Source: an uncultured Acidobacteriota bacterium (GTDB taxonomy: Bacteria; Acidobacteriota; Thermoanaerobaculia; Multivoradales; SZUA-115). Taken from it: DNA of 64,000 nt. The translations under genes were made by a program, and so were the position numbers. The notes beneath the pieces are model-generated. The model made no database searches. It saw only the letters and a list, made by a program, of their open reading frames with translations, and had not been told where the DNA came from. Each line of letters starts with the position of its first letter. Positions within the stretch are counted from its first letter, which is position 1. The stretch spans positions 256,001 to 320,000 of the forward strand of contig CAWDVR010000004.1 in assembly GCA_963805975.1 (NCBI GenBank), given 5' to 3'. Below, in pieces: positions 22,696 through 35,112 of the stretch.

Positions 22696-24201
22696 ATGAT
22701 GTCGCTCGAGATCACGGCACCTGCGCGCCTGGCGATCTCCGACCGCGACGGCCACCATACCCATGCCGAGCTGAACGATGCTTCGGCGCGCGTTGCCGCC
22801 GGCCTGCTGGCCGGCCGCGCGGACCTGGACGAAGCGCGCGTGGCCTTCCTGGTCGAACCCGGCTTCGCCTGGGCCGCGGTCGAGCACGGGATCTGGCGCG
22901 CCGGCGGGATCGCGGTGCCGCTCGCTCTTTCACATCCACCGGCGGAGCTGGAGCACGTGCTCGCGGACTCCGGCGCCGAGGCCGTCGTGGTCTCGCCGGG
23001 CCTCGCCGAGCGTGTCGAGCCCTGTGTCGAAGCCCTGGGCCGGCAACGCACTCTCCGCCTGTTCACCACCGAGGATCTCCTCGCGGGAAAGACTTCGGCG
23101 AGCGCCGTGCTGCCGGAGGTCGCGGCCGACCGCCGCGCGCTGATCGTCTACACCTCGGGCACCACCGGCAAGCCCAAGGGAGCGGTGTGGACGCACCAGG
23201 GCCTCGCGGTGCAGATGGACACGCTGATCGCAGCCTGGGGCTGGACCCCGGAAGACCGCGCGCTCCACGTGCTGCCGCTCCACCACGTGCACGGCGTCAT
23301 CAACGTCCTCGGCTGTGCGCTCCGGGCCGGGGCGGCCTGCGAGATGCTGCCGCGCTTCGACGCGGCGGCCGTGTGGGAGCGCCTGGCCTCGGGTGAGATC
23401 ACCGTCTTCATGGCGGTGCCGACCCTCTACCACCGGCTCCTCGAGCATTGGGAGAACCAGCCCGAAGCCGCACGGGCGCGGCTCTCCGCGGCCGTTCGAC
23501 GGCTGCGGCTGATGGTCTCCGGCTCGGCCGCGCTCCCGGCGCAGACCTTCGAGCGCTGGCGCGAAGCCACAGGGCACGCCCTCCTCGAGCGCTACGGCAT
23601 GACCGAGATCGGTATGGCGCTCTCGAACCCGCTTGCGGGCGAGCGGATCGCGGGAACCGTGGGCCGGCCGCTGCCGGGCGTCGAGGTGAGGATCGTCGAC
23701 GAGGCCGGCTCTCCCTCGGGTGAGGGCGCACCCGGCGAGCTCGAAGTGCGCGGCCCCGGCCTCTTCCTCGAGTACTGGCGGCGGCCGGAGGAAACGGCCG
23801 GCTCGTTTCGGGACGACTGGTTTCGCACAGGAGATACGGCTGTAGTGGAAAGCGGTGTCTACCGCATCCTCGGCCGTTCGAGCGTCGACATCGTCAAGAC
23901 CGGCGGCTACAAAGTGTCCGCGCTCGAGATCGAGACCGTGCTCCGTGACCATCCGGCCATCGCCGACTGCGCCGTGATCGGCCTGCCGGACGCCGAGTGG
24001 GGCGAGCGCGTGGCCGCGGCCGTAGAGCTTCGGCCCGGCACGGTGCTCGACCTCGAGGCACTCCGCGCCTGGGGGCGAGAGAGGCTGGCCCCCTACAAGC
24101 TACCAAGCCGGCTGGTGGTGGTGAACGACCTGCCGCGGAACGCGATGGGCAAGGTGGTGAAGGGGGAGGTCAAGCAGGCTTTCGACCCGGGGATCGAGTG
24201 A
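22696..24201 (+). CDS. Acyl-CoA synthetase (malonyl-CoA synthetase MatB/ACSF3-like)
   Basis: YTSGTTGKPKG, LPLHHVHG, ERYGMTE, FRTGD, PRNAMGKV. Confidence 0.88.
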   Translation: MMSLEITAPARLAISDRDGHHTHAELNDASARVAAGLLAGRADLDEARVAFLVEPGFAWAAVEHGIWRAGGIAVPLALSHPPAELEHVLADSGAEAVVVSPGLAERVEPCVEALGRQRTLRLFTTEDLLAGKTSASAVLPEVAADRRALIVYTSGTTGKPKGAVWTHQGLAVQMDTLIAAWGWTPEDRALHVLPLHHVHGVINVLGCALRAGAACEMLPRFDAAAVWERLASGEITVFMAVPTLYHRLLEHWENQPEAARARLSAAVRRLRLMVSGSAALPAQTFERWREATGHALLERYGMTEIGMALSNPLAGERIAGTVGRPLPGVEVRIVDEAGSPSGEGAPGELEVRGPGLFLEYWRRPEETAGSFRDDWFRTGDTAVVESGVYRILGRSSVDIVKTGGYKVSALEIETVLRDHPAIADCAVIGLPDAEWGERVAAAVELRPGTVLDLEALRAWGRERLAPYKLPSRLVVVNDLPRNAMGKVVKGEVKQAFDPGIE

Positions 24202-24210
24202 GGGAAGCCC

Positions 24211-24597
24211 TTACCACACTGTTCGCACCGGATACTGCCGAATCGCCTCGTCCGGCGTGGCGATGACAAGGCCGTGGACGATGGCCTGGCAAATCAGCAG
24301 GCGGTCGAACGGGTCGCGATGCAGTTGGACCAGGCTCCTGGCTTGGAGGGTGGACTCCTCGTCGAGCGCCAGGCTCTCGATGGCGTGCTGGGTCCGTTTC
24401 CTGGGAAGGTAGCGCTCGGCGGGCTCCGGCAGAGCCAGCTTCCCGAGGGCCTGCTTCACGGCAATCTCCCAGGCCGAGGCCGCGCTCAGCAGAACCTCAT
24501 TCTCCGGGGTCGACAATGTCTCGCGCGCTGTGACAGACAGGCGAGGGTCGTCGAGAATGAGCCACAGGAAAGTACAGGTGTCGAGCAGGAGCCTCAC
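24211..24597 (-). CDS. vapC: Type II TA toxin, VapC/PIN domain
   Basis: LLLDTCTFLW, SAWEIAVK, HRDPFDRLLICQA. Confidence 0.92.
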   Translation of the reverse strand: MRLLLDTCTFLWLILDDPRLSVTARETLSTPENEVLLSAASAWEIAVKQALGKLALPEPAERYLPRKRTQHAIESLALDEESTLQARSLVQLHRDPFDRLLICQAIVHGLVIATPDEAIRQYPVRTVW

Positions 24598-24839
24598 GAG
24601 CCCTTACCTTCGAACAGGTCGAGGAGGTCATCGGGGAGCGGCTCGAAGAACTCCGGCCCCACGGTGAACTCGCCCTTGGCCAGGCCGATCGGCCGCTTCC
24701 CCTCGTGTCGCTTGGGCAGCGGTCGGATCTCCGCGATGGGAATGTTGCGCCGACAGAGCAAAATAGTCTCGCCCTTCTCGACCTTCTCCAGATAGCGCGA
24801 AAGATGGGTCTTGGCTTGGTGCACGTTGAGCCGTGTCAT
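24594..24839 (-). CDS. Type II TA antitoxin, Phd/YefM family
   Basis: NVHQAKTHLSRYL..VE.GE.I; FFEPLP; overlaps the toxin start. Confidence 0.9.
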   Translation of the reverse strand: MTRLNVHQAKTHLSRYLEKVEKGETILLCRRNIPIAEIRPLPKRHEGKRPIGLAKGEFTVGPEFFEPLPDDLLDLFEGKGS

Positions 24840-24885
24840 GGGCTCATTGTGGACTAGAAAGTGAACTAACTCAAGCTGTTTGCGC

Positions 24886-24964
24886 AGGCCTATGCCGAGC
24901 GCGATGGGCAGGATGCCCTGGCCGAGGGCGAGAGAGGCCAGGGTGAGGAGGGCCCCCGGCTACG
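24886..24964 (-). repeat. Degenerate direct-repeat copy of OPT gene segment 28063-28140 (gene remnant / att-like scar)
   Basis: Manual ungapped alignment gives 9 mismatches in 71 nt; translates ALLTLASLALGQGILPIALGIGL versus ALLTLVSLALGLGLLPIAFGIGL. Confidence 0.85.
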
Positions 24965-25007
24965 TCTCGGACCGAAGAGGGGTTGGGCCCGCCTCTCTAC
25001 CACATTT

Positions 25008-27794
25008 TCAGGAAGTCTTACGCCGAGGCTGCGCACCCGGGGCTGCGCGCCGTTTCGGTCGCGGGACTACCGTCGGGAAGAGCGACGTGTACTTTTCGAA
25101 TAGCCCGAACAGGAAGGCGACGCGCTCGGCATCGGTCTTGGCTCCCTTGTAACCGTAGGCCGCGTCGACCGCCTTGTCGAGGCGCTGGTGCGCCTTGCCG
25201 AGTGCGACTGGCATGGTCAACGGGTCGTAAAGATTTGCCAGCGAGCTGCCTGGGAACTCCCCTCGAGCTGTCAAGACTCCCTGAGCGGTCTCCTCGATCG
25301 CCTCCCGCTGCTTTTCGGTCGGCGCCTCTGGCCAGGGGAAGTTGTTGTAGACGATGCCCGCGGAGTACTGATAATCGCTCTTCATGCGACCACAGACGGC
25401 CCTCATCCAGGCCATGTGCATTACGGAGGTGAGAATGCCGAAATGGTAGGGCCGAGCCGCTGGAACGATCAAACAGCTCCCGCTCGCGATGGCTGAGGGC
25501 GGCATGAACCCAATCGGCATGTACGGACGATTCTCCGACGAAACCTTGGGCAGGAGCAGATACTGAGAGGCCGGCTGTCGAATCTCCCCGAATAGGAAGG
25601 GTTTCACCGCCAGAGTCACCGTCTCCTTGCGCTCGCTGCGAGAGCGAAAAAACTTCACCTTGGCCGATCGGATGCGGATGAAGGCGGATCCCCGGAGAAG
25701 CTCCGGCGGCGCGTTCACCAGCCACAGGCACCACCTCTTGGTGGCGTTGATGAACTCCTCACCGCCGAAGTAGGGGCGAATCCACGACCTTAGCTGAGGC
25801 TCCTCCGCCAGTGCAGCAGCTCTTTCCTCGGAGCTCAGAATGAGAGAGCCCTTGTCGATTGGCATGCTGCCGTACCGCATCTCCGGGGTGCCTTCCGCAA
25901 TCGGGCGACTCCGCTTGGTCAACACAAGATCGGCGGCATCGACCAGATACGGGTTGATGTTTCTGGCTGCCAGAGCGTGCGAGTGGCCGTTGCCGTTCTC
26001 ATAGTCGAAGATTGTCCGTGGCCCAGTGTCCTTGTAGCCAAACCCAATGATCACGCAATGAACGGCGGCGCGGCCTTGGCCCTCGTTGCTCCAGCGGAAA
26101 GTGCGATGAGCGAAGCAGATATGAACCCCGAGCGACCAGAGGAGTGGCCATAGCAGACCAGGCTGCTCTCCCTGCGAGATCGAGTTGGTCGACACGAAAG
26201 CACAGCGTACCCCCGAGCCGACAATGGCTCGCGCCGCCTTCACATACCAGCCGGTGACGTAGTCCAGCACGCCCGCACCTTCAATCCCCGACAGTACCGC
26301 CTGGAGCTCGGCTTTCTGCTCGCGGCTCTGCTCCTTCTTGCCGACGAACGGCGGGTTGCCGAGGATGAAGCTCAAGCGTTCTCTGAGGACGATGCTCTCC
26401 CAATCCAACTGCAGGGCGTTGCCGTGGACGATGGTGGGGCTGGTGACGAGCGGGAGGCGTGCGAAGTAGAGGCCGAATTCCTCGCTGACCCGCTGGTTCA
26501 TCTGGTGGTCTGTCAACCAGAGCGCCACCTGGGCAATCTGCGCAGGGAACTCCTCGATTTCGATCCCGTAGAACTGGTCCACGTTCACCTGCACCAGCCG
26601 TAGGATGTCGAGGTATCGCTCCTTCGTCTTCGCCATCGCGCGGAGAACTTCGAGCTCGAGAAGGCGCAGCTCACGGTAAGCGACGACTAGGAAGTTCCCG
26701 CAACCGCAAGCGGGATCGAGAAAGGACAGTGACCGCAGCTTCTTTTGAAACTCGAAGAGTTTGTTTGGGTTTCTCTTGATGCGGTCGAGCTCGACGCGCA
26801 GATCATCGAGAAAGAGCGGCTCGATCACCTTGAGGATGTTCTCCTCCGAGGTGTAATGGGCACCTAGGTTGCGCCGGGCCTTCGGGTCCATGATCGACTG
26901 AAAGAGCGCGCCAAAGATCGCCGGGCTGATGCGTCCCCAATCGAGCCGGCAGGCGTCGAGCAAGCCGTTGCGCATCGCCGTGTCGAACGACGGGATGGTC
27001 AGCCGCTCCTCGAAGAGCCGGCCATTGACGTACGGGAAGGCTTGCAGGCGCTCGTCGAGAGTTCGATGGCGCTGCCCCTCACGCGTGTTCAAAATATCGA
27101 AGAGGTGAGCGAGCTTGGCGCCAAGATCGTGGCCGTCCGGTGCAGTGTCCGACTCGAGCCAGTCACGGAAGGACTGCGCCGGAAAGATTCCGGTATCGTC
27201 CGCGAACAGGCAAAAGAGCAACCGCACCAGAAGAAGCTCTAGCTCGTGCCCTTCGTAGCCGGTCGCCTTCAGCCGATCGTGAAGCGCGCCCATGCGTTCG
27301 GCGGCTTTGAGGTTGACCGGGTCCTGCGGCCGCACCGGGCGAGTCTCATAGCCCGCGATGAAACCGAACCGCTGAATGTTCTTGTGCAGCTCGGAAAGAG
27401 GAAACTCCCACTGCTGGTCATCGTCGAGGTCGTAGAGGCGAAAGCGCGCGAAGTCCGAGACCAACACATAGCGAGGCAGGTCGCGTTCGGCAATCCCTGG
27501 AAAATAGTCGACCGCTTGGCCGTAGGCGCTGTCGAGGTCTTTGCCGCGTGATTTGTGCTCGACGAGGAGCTGTCCCTTCCAGAACAAGTCGATATAGCCG
27601 GTGCTGGTCTTGCCGCCATCCCGGAGTCGTTTGACCGGCTCCTCGAAAGAGGCGAGCCGGCGCCGTGTCATCCCAAAGACGTCGAAAAAGGCATCCCAGA
27701 AGGACTTGGCCTCAGCGTCCTCAGAACTCTCTTCCCGAAACTCACGGGAAAAGCGCACCGCACGATCACGAATCTCATTCCAGGACAGCGGCAA
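25008..27794 (-). CDS. MmeI-like type IIL restriction-modification enzyme (fused nuclease, N6A methyltransferase, TRD)
   Basis: TTG start after GGAGG; LSWNEIR.RA..F, YIDLFWKG.LLVEHKS (PD-ExK), GAHYTSE.NI, DPACGCGNF, GNPPF, YNNFPWP, LYDPLTMP; visibly more AT-rich than its flanks. Confidence 0.92.
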   Translation of the reverse strand: MPLSWNEIRDRAVRFSREFREESSEDAEAKSFWDAFFDVFGMTRRRLASFEEPVKRLRDGGKTSTGYIDLFWKGQLLVEHKSRGKDLDSAYGQAVDYFPGIAERDLPRYVLVSDFARFRLYDLDDDQQWEFPLSELHKNIQRFGFIAGYETRPVRPQDPVNLKAAERMGALHDRLKATGYEGHELELLLVRLLFCLFADDTGIFPAQSFRDWLESDTAPDGHDLGAKLAHLFDILNTREGQRHRTLDERLQAFPYVNGRLFEERLTIPSFDTAMRNGLLDACRLDWGRISPAIFGALFQSIMDPKARRNLGAHYTSEENILKVIEPLFLDDLRVELDRIKRNPNKLFEFQKKLRSLSFLDPACGCGNFLVVAYRELRLLELEVLRAMAKTKERYLDILRLVQVNVDQFYGIEIEEFPAQIAQVALWLTDHQMNQRVSEEFGLYFARLPLVTSPTIVHGNALQLDWESIVLRERLSFILGNPPFVGKKEQSREQKAELQAVLSGIEGAGVLDYVTGWYVKAARAIVGSGVRCAFVSTNSISQGEQPGLLWPLLWSLGVHICFAHRTFRWSNEGQGRAAVHCVIIGFGYKDTGPRTIFDYENGNGHSHALAARNINPYLVDAADLVLTKRSRPIAEGTPEMRYGSMPIDKGSLILSSEERAAALAEEPQLRSWIRPYFGGEEFINATKRWCLWLVNAPPELLRGSAFIRIRSAKVKFFRSRSERKETVTLAVKPFLFGEIRQPASQYLLLPKVSSENRPYMPIGFMPPSAIASGSCLIVPAARPYHFGILTSVMHMAWMRAVCGRMKSDYQYSAGIVYNNFPWPEAPTEKQREAIEETAQGVLTARGEFPGSSLANLYDPLTMPVALGKAHQRLDKAVDAAYGYKGAKTDAERVAFLFGLFEKYTSLFPTVVPRPKRRAAPGAQPRRKTS

Positions 27795-27890
27795 AGGATC
27801 CCTCCTCCCAGACTGAAGAAGCACGCAACAACCTGGCGATTCTCTCCCGATTCCTAACCTTCGGCACGGCGCCCCGCTCTCCGGCCAAGC

Positions 27891-29496
27891 CTATCTGCCC
27901 CCCACCATCGACCCCAACGCCAGCCCCGCGCCCATCAGGCCCTCGCCGCCGATGGCGCCGGCGGCCAGGAGGCGGCCGGTTTCCGCGGCGCCCTGGCGCT
28001 CGGCCCAGGCGCGGAGGAGGCCACCGAGGAAGAGCGGCAGGGAGAGCTCGATCGGTGCGTAGAGCCCGATGCCGAACGCGATCGGCAGGAGCCCCAAGCC
28101 GAGGGCGAGAGAGACCAGGGTGAGGAGGGCCCCGGCTGCGCCGCCCCAGGCCAGGGGGCCCGTGATCTCTCCTCCCTGGACGATCGCCGAGAGGGCCACG
28201 GCCTGCGGCGCCGGCAAGCTCCACCGAGCCGATGCCGTAGGCCCGGCGCAGGGCCTCGAGCACCACCCCCACCACCAGCGCCGAGGACACCACGGAGAGC
28301 ACCTGCGCCTTGATCTGGTCCGCGGGTGCGGTGCCCACCAGGGAGCCGGCCTTCAGGTCCTGGAGGAAGTCGCCGGCCATGCCGGCGGCGATCGCCAGGA
28401 GCGCGGCGAAGACCACCGCCTGCTTCGGCGGCAGGCGCACGAAGAAGAGGACGATCAAGAGCACGGCGATGGCGAAGATCTCCATCGGGTCGATGTTGAG
28501 CTCGCCGGCGATGCGCGCCGCGATGGTGGCCACCATGAAGGCGGCGGCCACTGCCACGACCGTGAGCCAGAGCGGGAGATCGAGGGCGAGCGCCGCGACC
28601 GCCACGCAGGCCGCGAGCGCCAGCGCGAGGCCACCCATCTGCCGGCGCGAGCTGCCCGCCAGCCGGCGCAGCATGGGTGCAAAGGACGGCAGGCCTTTGA
28701 GCAGGAAGTAGGCGAGGCTCGCGCCGACGATGACGCCGATCCCGAACGGCTGCGTGGCGCCCGCGACGGCGCCGGGCTTGTCCGCGAAGCGGCCCGCGGC
28801 GAGGAGCGCCGGCACGGCCACGAGGTAGGAGACCACAGCGCCCGCGAACCACACTCCGGTGAACTTCGGGCCGATGAGGAAGCCGCCGGCGAGCGGCACC
28901 AGGCTGATCCCCGAGCCCAAGGAGAACGAGCGCGCGGCGGGCAGGCCCAGGGTCTCCAGGTTGACGACCGAGGGCACCAGCCGGAAGCCGTCCCGCGCCG
29001 TGGCGAAGAGCCCGGCGAGGCCCGCGGCGGCGAGCACGGTCTTGATCTTCCGCCCACCCTCGTCCCCGGCCTCGATCACTCGCGCAGTAGCGGTGCCGTC
29101 CGGGTAGGGAAGCGCCAGGCGCTCGATCATCTCCTCGCGGAGCGGCACCGTGAAGGCGACGCCCAGGAGCCCGCCCACGAGGGCGATCGCCACCACCTCG
29201 GCCACGCTCAGGGGCACGCCGGCGAGCCATGCCGCCGGCACCGTGAAGAGCACGCCGGCGGCGAGCAGGCCCCCGGTGGAGGCGGCCGTGGCGGCGACGT
29301 TGACCTCCTGCCGGCTCGGTGCCCGGCCGAGGCGGAGCAGACCCATGGCCGCCAGCGTGGCAGTGATGATCGGCCAGTAGACGCCGCCCGCCTTCAAACC
29401 GGCATAGGTCGAGTACGTGGCCACCACCGCGGACAGCGCCACGCCCACCGCGGCGGTACGGAGGGTGAAGGCGGAGGGTGTCTCGCCGCGAGCCAT
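27891..29496 (-). pseudogene. OPT/YSL family oligopeptide transporter, +1 frameshift near 28216 (possible sequencing error)
   Basis: YAGLKAG, LPYPDGTATA, LQDLKAG; GAG CTT GCC GGC should read ELPAPQA, and the C-terminus continues in another frame. Confidence 0.8.
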
Positions 29497-29557
29497 CGGC
29501 GTGTCTGCCCGTTTCGCGGTTCGAGCTCGTCAGGCCGGGGAGCCGGCCCGCGGCTCC

Positions 29558-31531
<1,974 letters not shown>

Positions 31532-31678
31532 CCTGTCTCCTCCCGGTCTCCTCCGGACGGCCCTTGAAATTCGGATCTCGATTAGCGGGGTGAGGCTAGC
31601 ACAAGGCCCCGGCGCGATCGGCTCACGCGGCCGGGCGCCGTGCTAGCGTCCCGACCTCTCGCCGGAAGGAGATTTTCG

Positions 31679-33421
31679 ATGCCTCGCAGACGCGCTTCTC
31701 GGGCCGTGGCCTGCTCCGTGGTCTCGCTGCTCTCGATCCTCTTCGTGGGCCTGTTTGTGGGGGAGCTGACTGCGGCCGAGCCGGCGGCAGACCTCGTGCT
31801 GCTCGAAGGGCGCATCTACACCCTGGATGCCGCCCGGAGCTGGGCCGAGGCCCTGGCGGTCCGGGGTGGTCGCATCGTCTACGTCGGACCCGACGCGGGC
31901 GCGGCACGCTTCGTCGGTGCCGAGACGCGGGTGCTCCGCCTGGGCGGCAAGATGGTGCTGCCCGGCTTCCACGACTCGCACGTCCACCTGGTCTCGGGCG
32001 GCGTCGAGCTCGCGCAGTGCGATCTCAACGGCATCGAGAACCAGGAAGAGCTCTTCGCCCGCATCCGCGCCTGCGCCGCCGGCCGCGATCCGGACGCCTG
32101 GGTGGTCGGTGGAGGCTGGGCCCTCCCCTTGTTTCCCGATGGCAACCCAGCCAAGGAGCAGCTCGACGCCCTGGTCGGAAACCGTCCGGCCTACCTCTCG
32201 GCCGCGGACGGCCACTCGGCCTGGGTGAGCTCCCGGGCGCTGGCCCTGGCCGGCATCGGCCGCAAAACGCCGGACCCGGCGCAAGGCCGGATCGAGCGCA
32301 GCGCGAGCGGCGAGCCCAGCGGCACGCTGCGCGAGGCTGCCTCCCACCTGATGGACGGCGTGCTGCCGAAGATCACTCCGGACGATCGGCTGGCGGGCCT
32401 GCGGCGCTCGCTCGCGCTGGCCCACTCCTTCGGCATCACCTCGGCCATCGAGGCGAGCGCCAGCAGCAAGGTGCTCGAGACCTACGCCACTCTCGACCGC
32501 TCCGGCGAGCTCCAGATGCGGGTGCTGGTGAGCCTCCGCGCCGACCCCGCGGTGGGAGAGGCGCAGGTGCCCGAGCTGCTGCAGCTCCGGGACAGCGCCC
32601 GCGGCCTGCGGCGAGTGCGCGCCACGGCAGTCAAGATGTTCGCCGACGGGGTGATCGAGGCCCGCACGGCGGCGCTCCTAGCGCCCTACCTCGGCAAGCC
32701 GGGCCCATTGGGTGCCGAGAGCCGCGGTGAGCTCAACTGGGAACCGGAAACCTTCGCCCGCATGGCGACGCGGCTCGACCGTGAGGGCTTCCAGGTCCAC
32801 ATCCACGCCATCGGCGACCGCGCCATCCGCGAGTCCCTGAACGCGCTCGCCGCGGCGCAACGGGCCAACGGCACACGCGACGCGCGCCACCACGTGGCCC
32901 ACATCCAGCTCTTCGACCCGGCGGACATCCCGCGGTTCCGGGAGCTCGGCGTGGCGGCCAACTTCCAGCCGCTCTGGGCCTGGGCGGACCCCTACATCGT
33001 CGACCTCACCGAGCCGGTGCTGGGGCCGGAGCGCTCGCGCTGGCTCTACCCTATCCGCAGCCTCGCGGCGAGCGGAGCCACGGTGGTGGCCGGAAGCGAC
33101 TGGAGCGTGTCGAGCTTGAACCCGTTGCAGGCGATCGAGGTGGCGCTCACCCGCCGCAACCCGGCGTCGGCCGCCGGCCCGGCTTGGAACCCGCAGGAGA
33201 CGGTGGACCTGCCCACGATGCTCGCGGCCTACACCATCGCGGGCGCCAGGCTGGCCTTCGAGGAGCGGGAGACCGGCTCGCTCGAGGTGGGCAAGGCGGC
33301 GGACCTCATCGTGCTCGACCGCGACCTCTTCGCCATCCCGCCCCACGAGATCGGCGAGGCGAAGGTGCTCCGCACCTGGATCGATGGCCGTGAGGTATTT
33401 CGTGCCGCAGGGAGCTCCTGA
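31679..33421 (+). CDS. Secreted amidohydrolase (YtcJ/Amidohydro_3 family)
   Basis: PGFHDSHVH, DGHSAW, HAIGD, GSDW, GSLEVGKAAD. Confidence 0.9.
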   Translation: MPRRRASRAVACSVVSLLSILFVGLFVGELTAAEPAADLVLLEGRIYTLDAARSWAEALAVRGGRIVYVGPDAGAARFVGAETRVLRLGGKMVLPGFHDSHVHLVSGGVELAQCDLNGIENQEELFARIRACAAGRDPDAWVVGGGWALPLFPDGNPAKEQLDALVGNRPAYLSAADGHSAWVSSRALALAGIGRKTPDPAQGRIERSASGEPSGTLREAASHLMDGVLPKITPDDRLAGLRRSLALAHSFGITSAIEASASSKVLETYATLDRSGELQMRVLVSLRADPAVGEAQVPELLQLRDSARGLRRVRATAVKMFADGVIEARTAALLAPYLGKPGPLGAESRGELNWEPETFARMATRLDREGFQVHIHAIGDRAIRESLNALAAAQRANGTRDARHHVAHIQLFDPADIPRFRELGVAANFQPLWAWADPYIVDLTEPVLGPERSRWLYPIRSLAASGATVVAGSDWSVSSLNPLQAIEVALTRRNPASAAGPAWNPQETVDLPTMLAAYTIAGARLAFEERETGSLEVGKAADLIVLDRDLFAIPPHEIGEAKVLRTWIDGREVFRAAGSS

Positions 33422-33523
33422 CCCTAGGAGAGCCTAGCAAGACCCGCTCCGCGAGCTTGATCACCACGTCCAGGCGGTGAACCGCTTGCGTTCTGCGCAC
33501 CAGCCTCTCAGCGAAGCTCTGCC

Positions 33524-34981
33524 CTACGACGCCCCCCGCCCCGACAGCACCACGGGGATGGTCTTGAGCAGGATCTTGAAGTCGAGCGAGGGCGACCAGG
33601 AGTCGATGTACTCGAGGTCGAGCTCCATCCAGCGGTCGAAGTCGACCTCGTTGCGGCCGGAGATCTGCCACAGGCAGGTGAGACCGGGCTTCATCGACAG
33701 GCGGCGGCGCTGCCAGCGCTGGTACTTGGCCACTTCCTCGGGGATCGGCGGCCGCGGGCCGACCAGGCTCATGTCGCCGCGCACCACGTTCCAGAGCTGC
33801 GGCAGCTCGTCCAGGCTGAAGCGGCGCAGGAACCGCCCGAACGCCGTCACCCGCGGGTCCCGCCGCAGCTTGAACACCGGCCCGTTCATCTCGTTCAGGT
33901 GCAGCAGCGGCGCGCGCAGCGCCTCGGCGTCCTCCACCATGGTCCGGAACTTGTAGAGCGTGAAGAGGCGGCCGTTCAGCCCGCAGCGCCGCTGCTGGAA
34001 GAGCACGCCGCCCGGCGAGGTGAGCTTGATCAGCAGCGCCACCAAGGCGAGGAGCGGCGCGCCGGCCACCAGCATCGCGGCGGCGGCGGCGACGTCGATC
34101 ACCCGCTTGGCGAGGAGCTGCACCTGGGAGGCCGGTCCGGTGGCGAAGGTGAGGATCGGAATGCCGTCGAGCTCCTCGAGCTCCACCCGGCTCTTGGGCT
34201 CGGTGAAGAAGTTGAGCGCGAAGCGGGTGCGGATGCCCTGCTCGTGGAGGCTCCAGATCAGCTCCTCCATGCGCTCCAGCTCGCGACGGTTGACGGCGAA
34301 GATCACGTCGTCCACCACCGTCTTCTCGACGATCGCCGGCAGGTCTTCCACCTTGCCGAGCACCGGGTAGCGCCCGATGAGCTCCGGCGGCGGTGGGGTG
34401 CCGTTGGCGTCTACGAAACCGATCACCTTGAAGCCCCAGTAGCGGTGGTTCTCGATCGAGTCCACCACCTCGGCCGCGGCGTCGCCGGTGCCCACCAGGA
34501 GCACCGATCGGTAGTTGTAGCCGCTCGCCCGCACGTAGCGGGCCGTCAGGCGCACGGCGACCTTCTCGGCCAGGAGCAGCACACAGGAGAGGCCGGCGAA
34601 GAGCAGGATCCACAGCCGGCTGAAGAGGTCGTTGGGCAGCAGACGGTTGTCGAGGCGGAAGGCGTAGAGGACCAGCGCGAAGATCACCGCGCCCATCAGG
34701 CAGATGCGGAAGATGGCCCACACCTCGTCGAACATCGGTACCGTGCGGTGCGAGCGGTAGCGCCGCGTCTGGAGCAGGAGCAGGCTCCAGACGAGGAGCG
34801 CCACGGGGAGGAGCGGGAGATAGTGGTCGAGCGGGTAGAGGTGGCTGGGGAGGAGCGCCGGGAAGAAGTGCGGGAGAACCTCGCTGCGCAGCCAGTAGGC
34901 GCCGAGGAAGGCCGTGGTGACGAGGATCAGGTCGAAACAGAAGATGACGACGGCTAAAGTTCGGGCTCTCTGCTTCAGCAT
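33524..34981 (-). CDS. Polyprenyl-phosphate sugar-1-phosphate transferase (WcaJ/WbaP family)
   Basis: 4 TM + CoA-binding-like domain + KFRTM, DPRVT, SLDELPQ, SLVGPRP, KPGLT. Confidence 0.93.
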   Translation of the reverse strand: MLKQRARTLAVVIFCFDLILVTTAFLGAYWLRSEVLPHFFPALLPSHLYPLDHYLPLLPVALLVWSLLLLQTRRYRSHRTVPMFDEVWAIFRICLMGAVIFALVLYAFRLDNRLLPNDLFSRLWILLFAGLSCVLLLAEKVAVRLTARYVRASGYNYRSVLLVGTGDAAAEVVDSIENHRYWGFKVIGFVDANGTPPPPELIGRYPVLGKVEDLPAIVEKTVVDDVIFAVNRRELERMEELIWSLHEQGIRTRFALNFFTEPKSRVELEELDGIPILTFATGPASQVQLLAKRVIDVAAAAAMLVAGAPLLALVALLIKLTSPGGVLFQQRRCGLNGRLFTLYKFRTMVEDAEALRAPLLHLNEMNGPVFKLRRDPRVTAFGRFLRRFSLDELPQLWNVVRGDMSLVGPRPPIPEEVAKYQRWQRRRLSMKPGLTCLWQISGRNEVDFDRWMELDLEYIDSWSPSLDFKILLKTIPVVLSGRGAS

Positions 34982-35112
34982 CGTGGTCTCACGGCCGACG
35001 AAAGCTTGTCACAACATGGGTTGATCAAGACGGACCTGCTGATTCAACGGAGCCGGCTGCCGGGTTGTCTATGGCAACCTACCATAGGCCGCCGCAATTC
35101 TTCAAGACGCTC

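Noticed and set aside
28205-28225. Programmed frameshift in the second OPT gene
   Set aside because: No slippery sequence; a single extra T fits the indel-error pattern seen elsewhere in this window.
33422-33523. Intergenic stretch that reads like a coding remnant (AVHRLDVVIKLAERVLLG on the minus strand)
   Set aside because: No start codon, too short, and I could not match it to any gene in the window.
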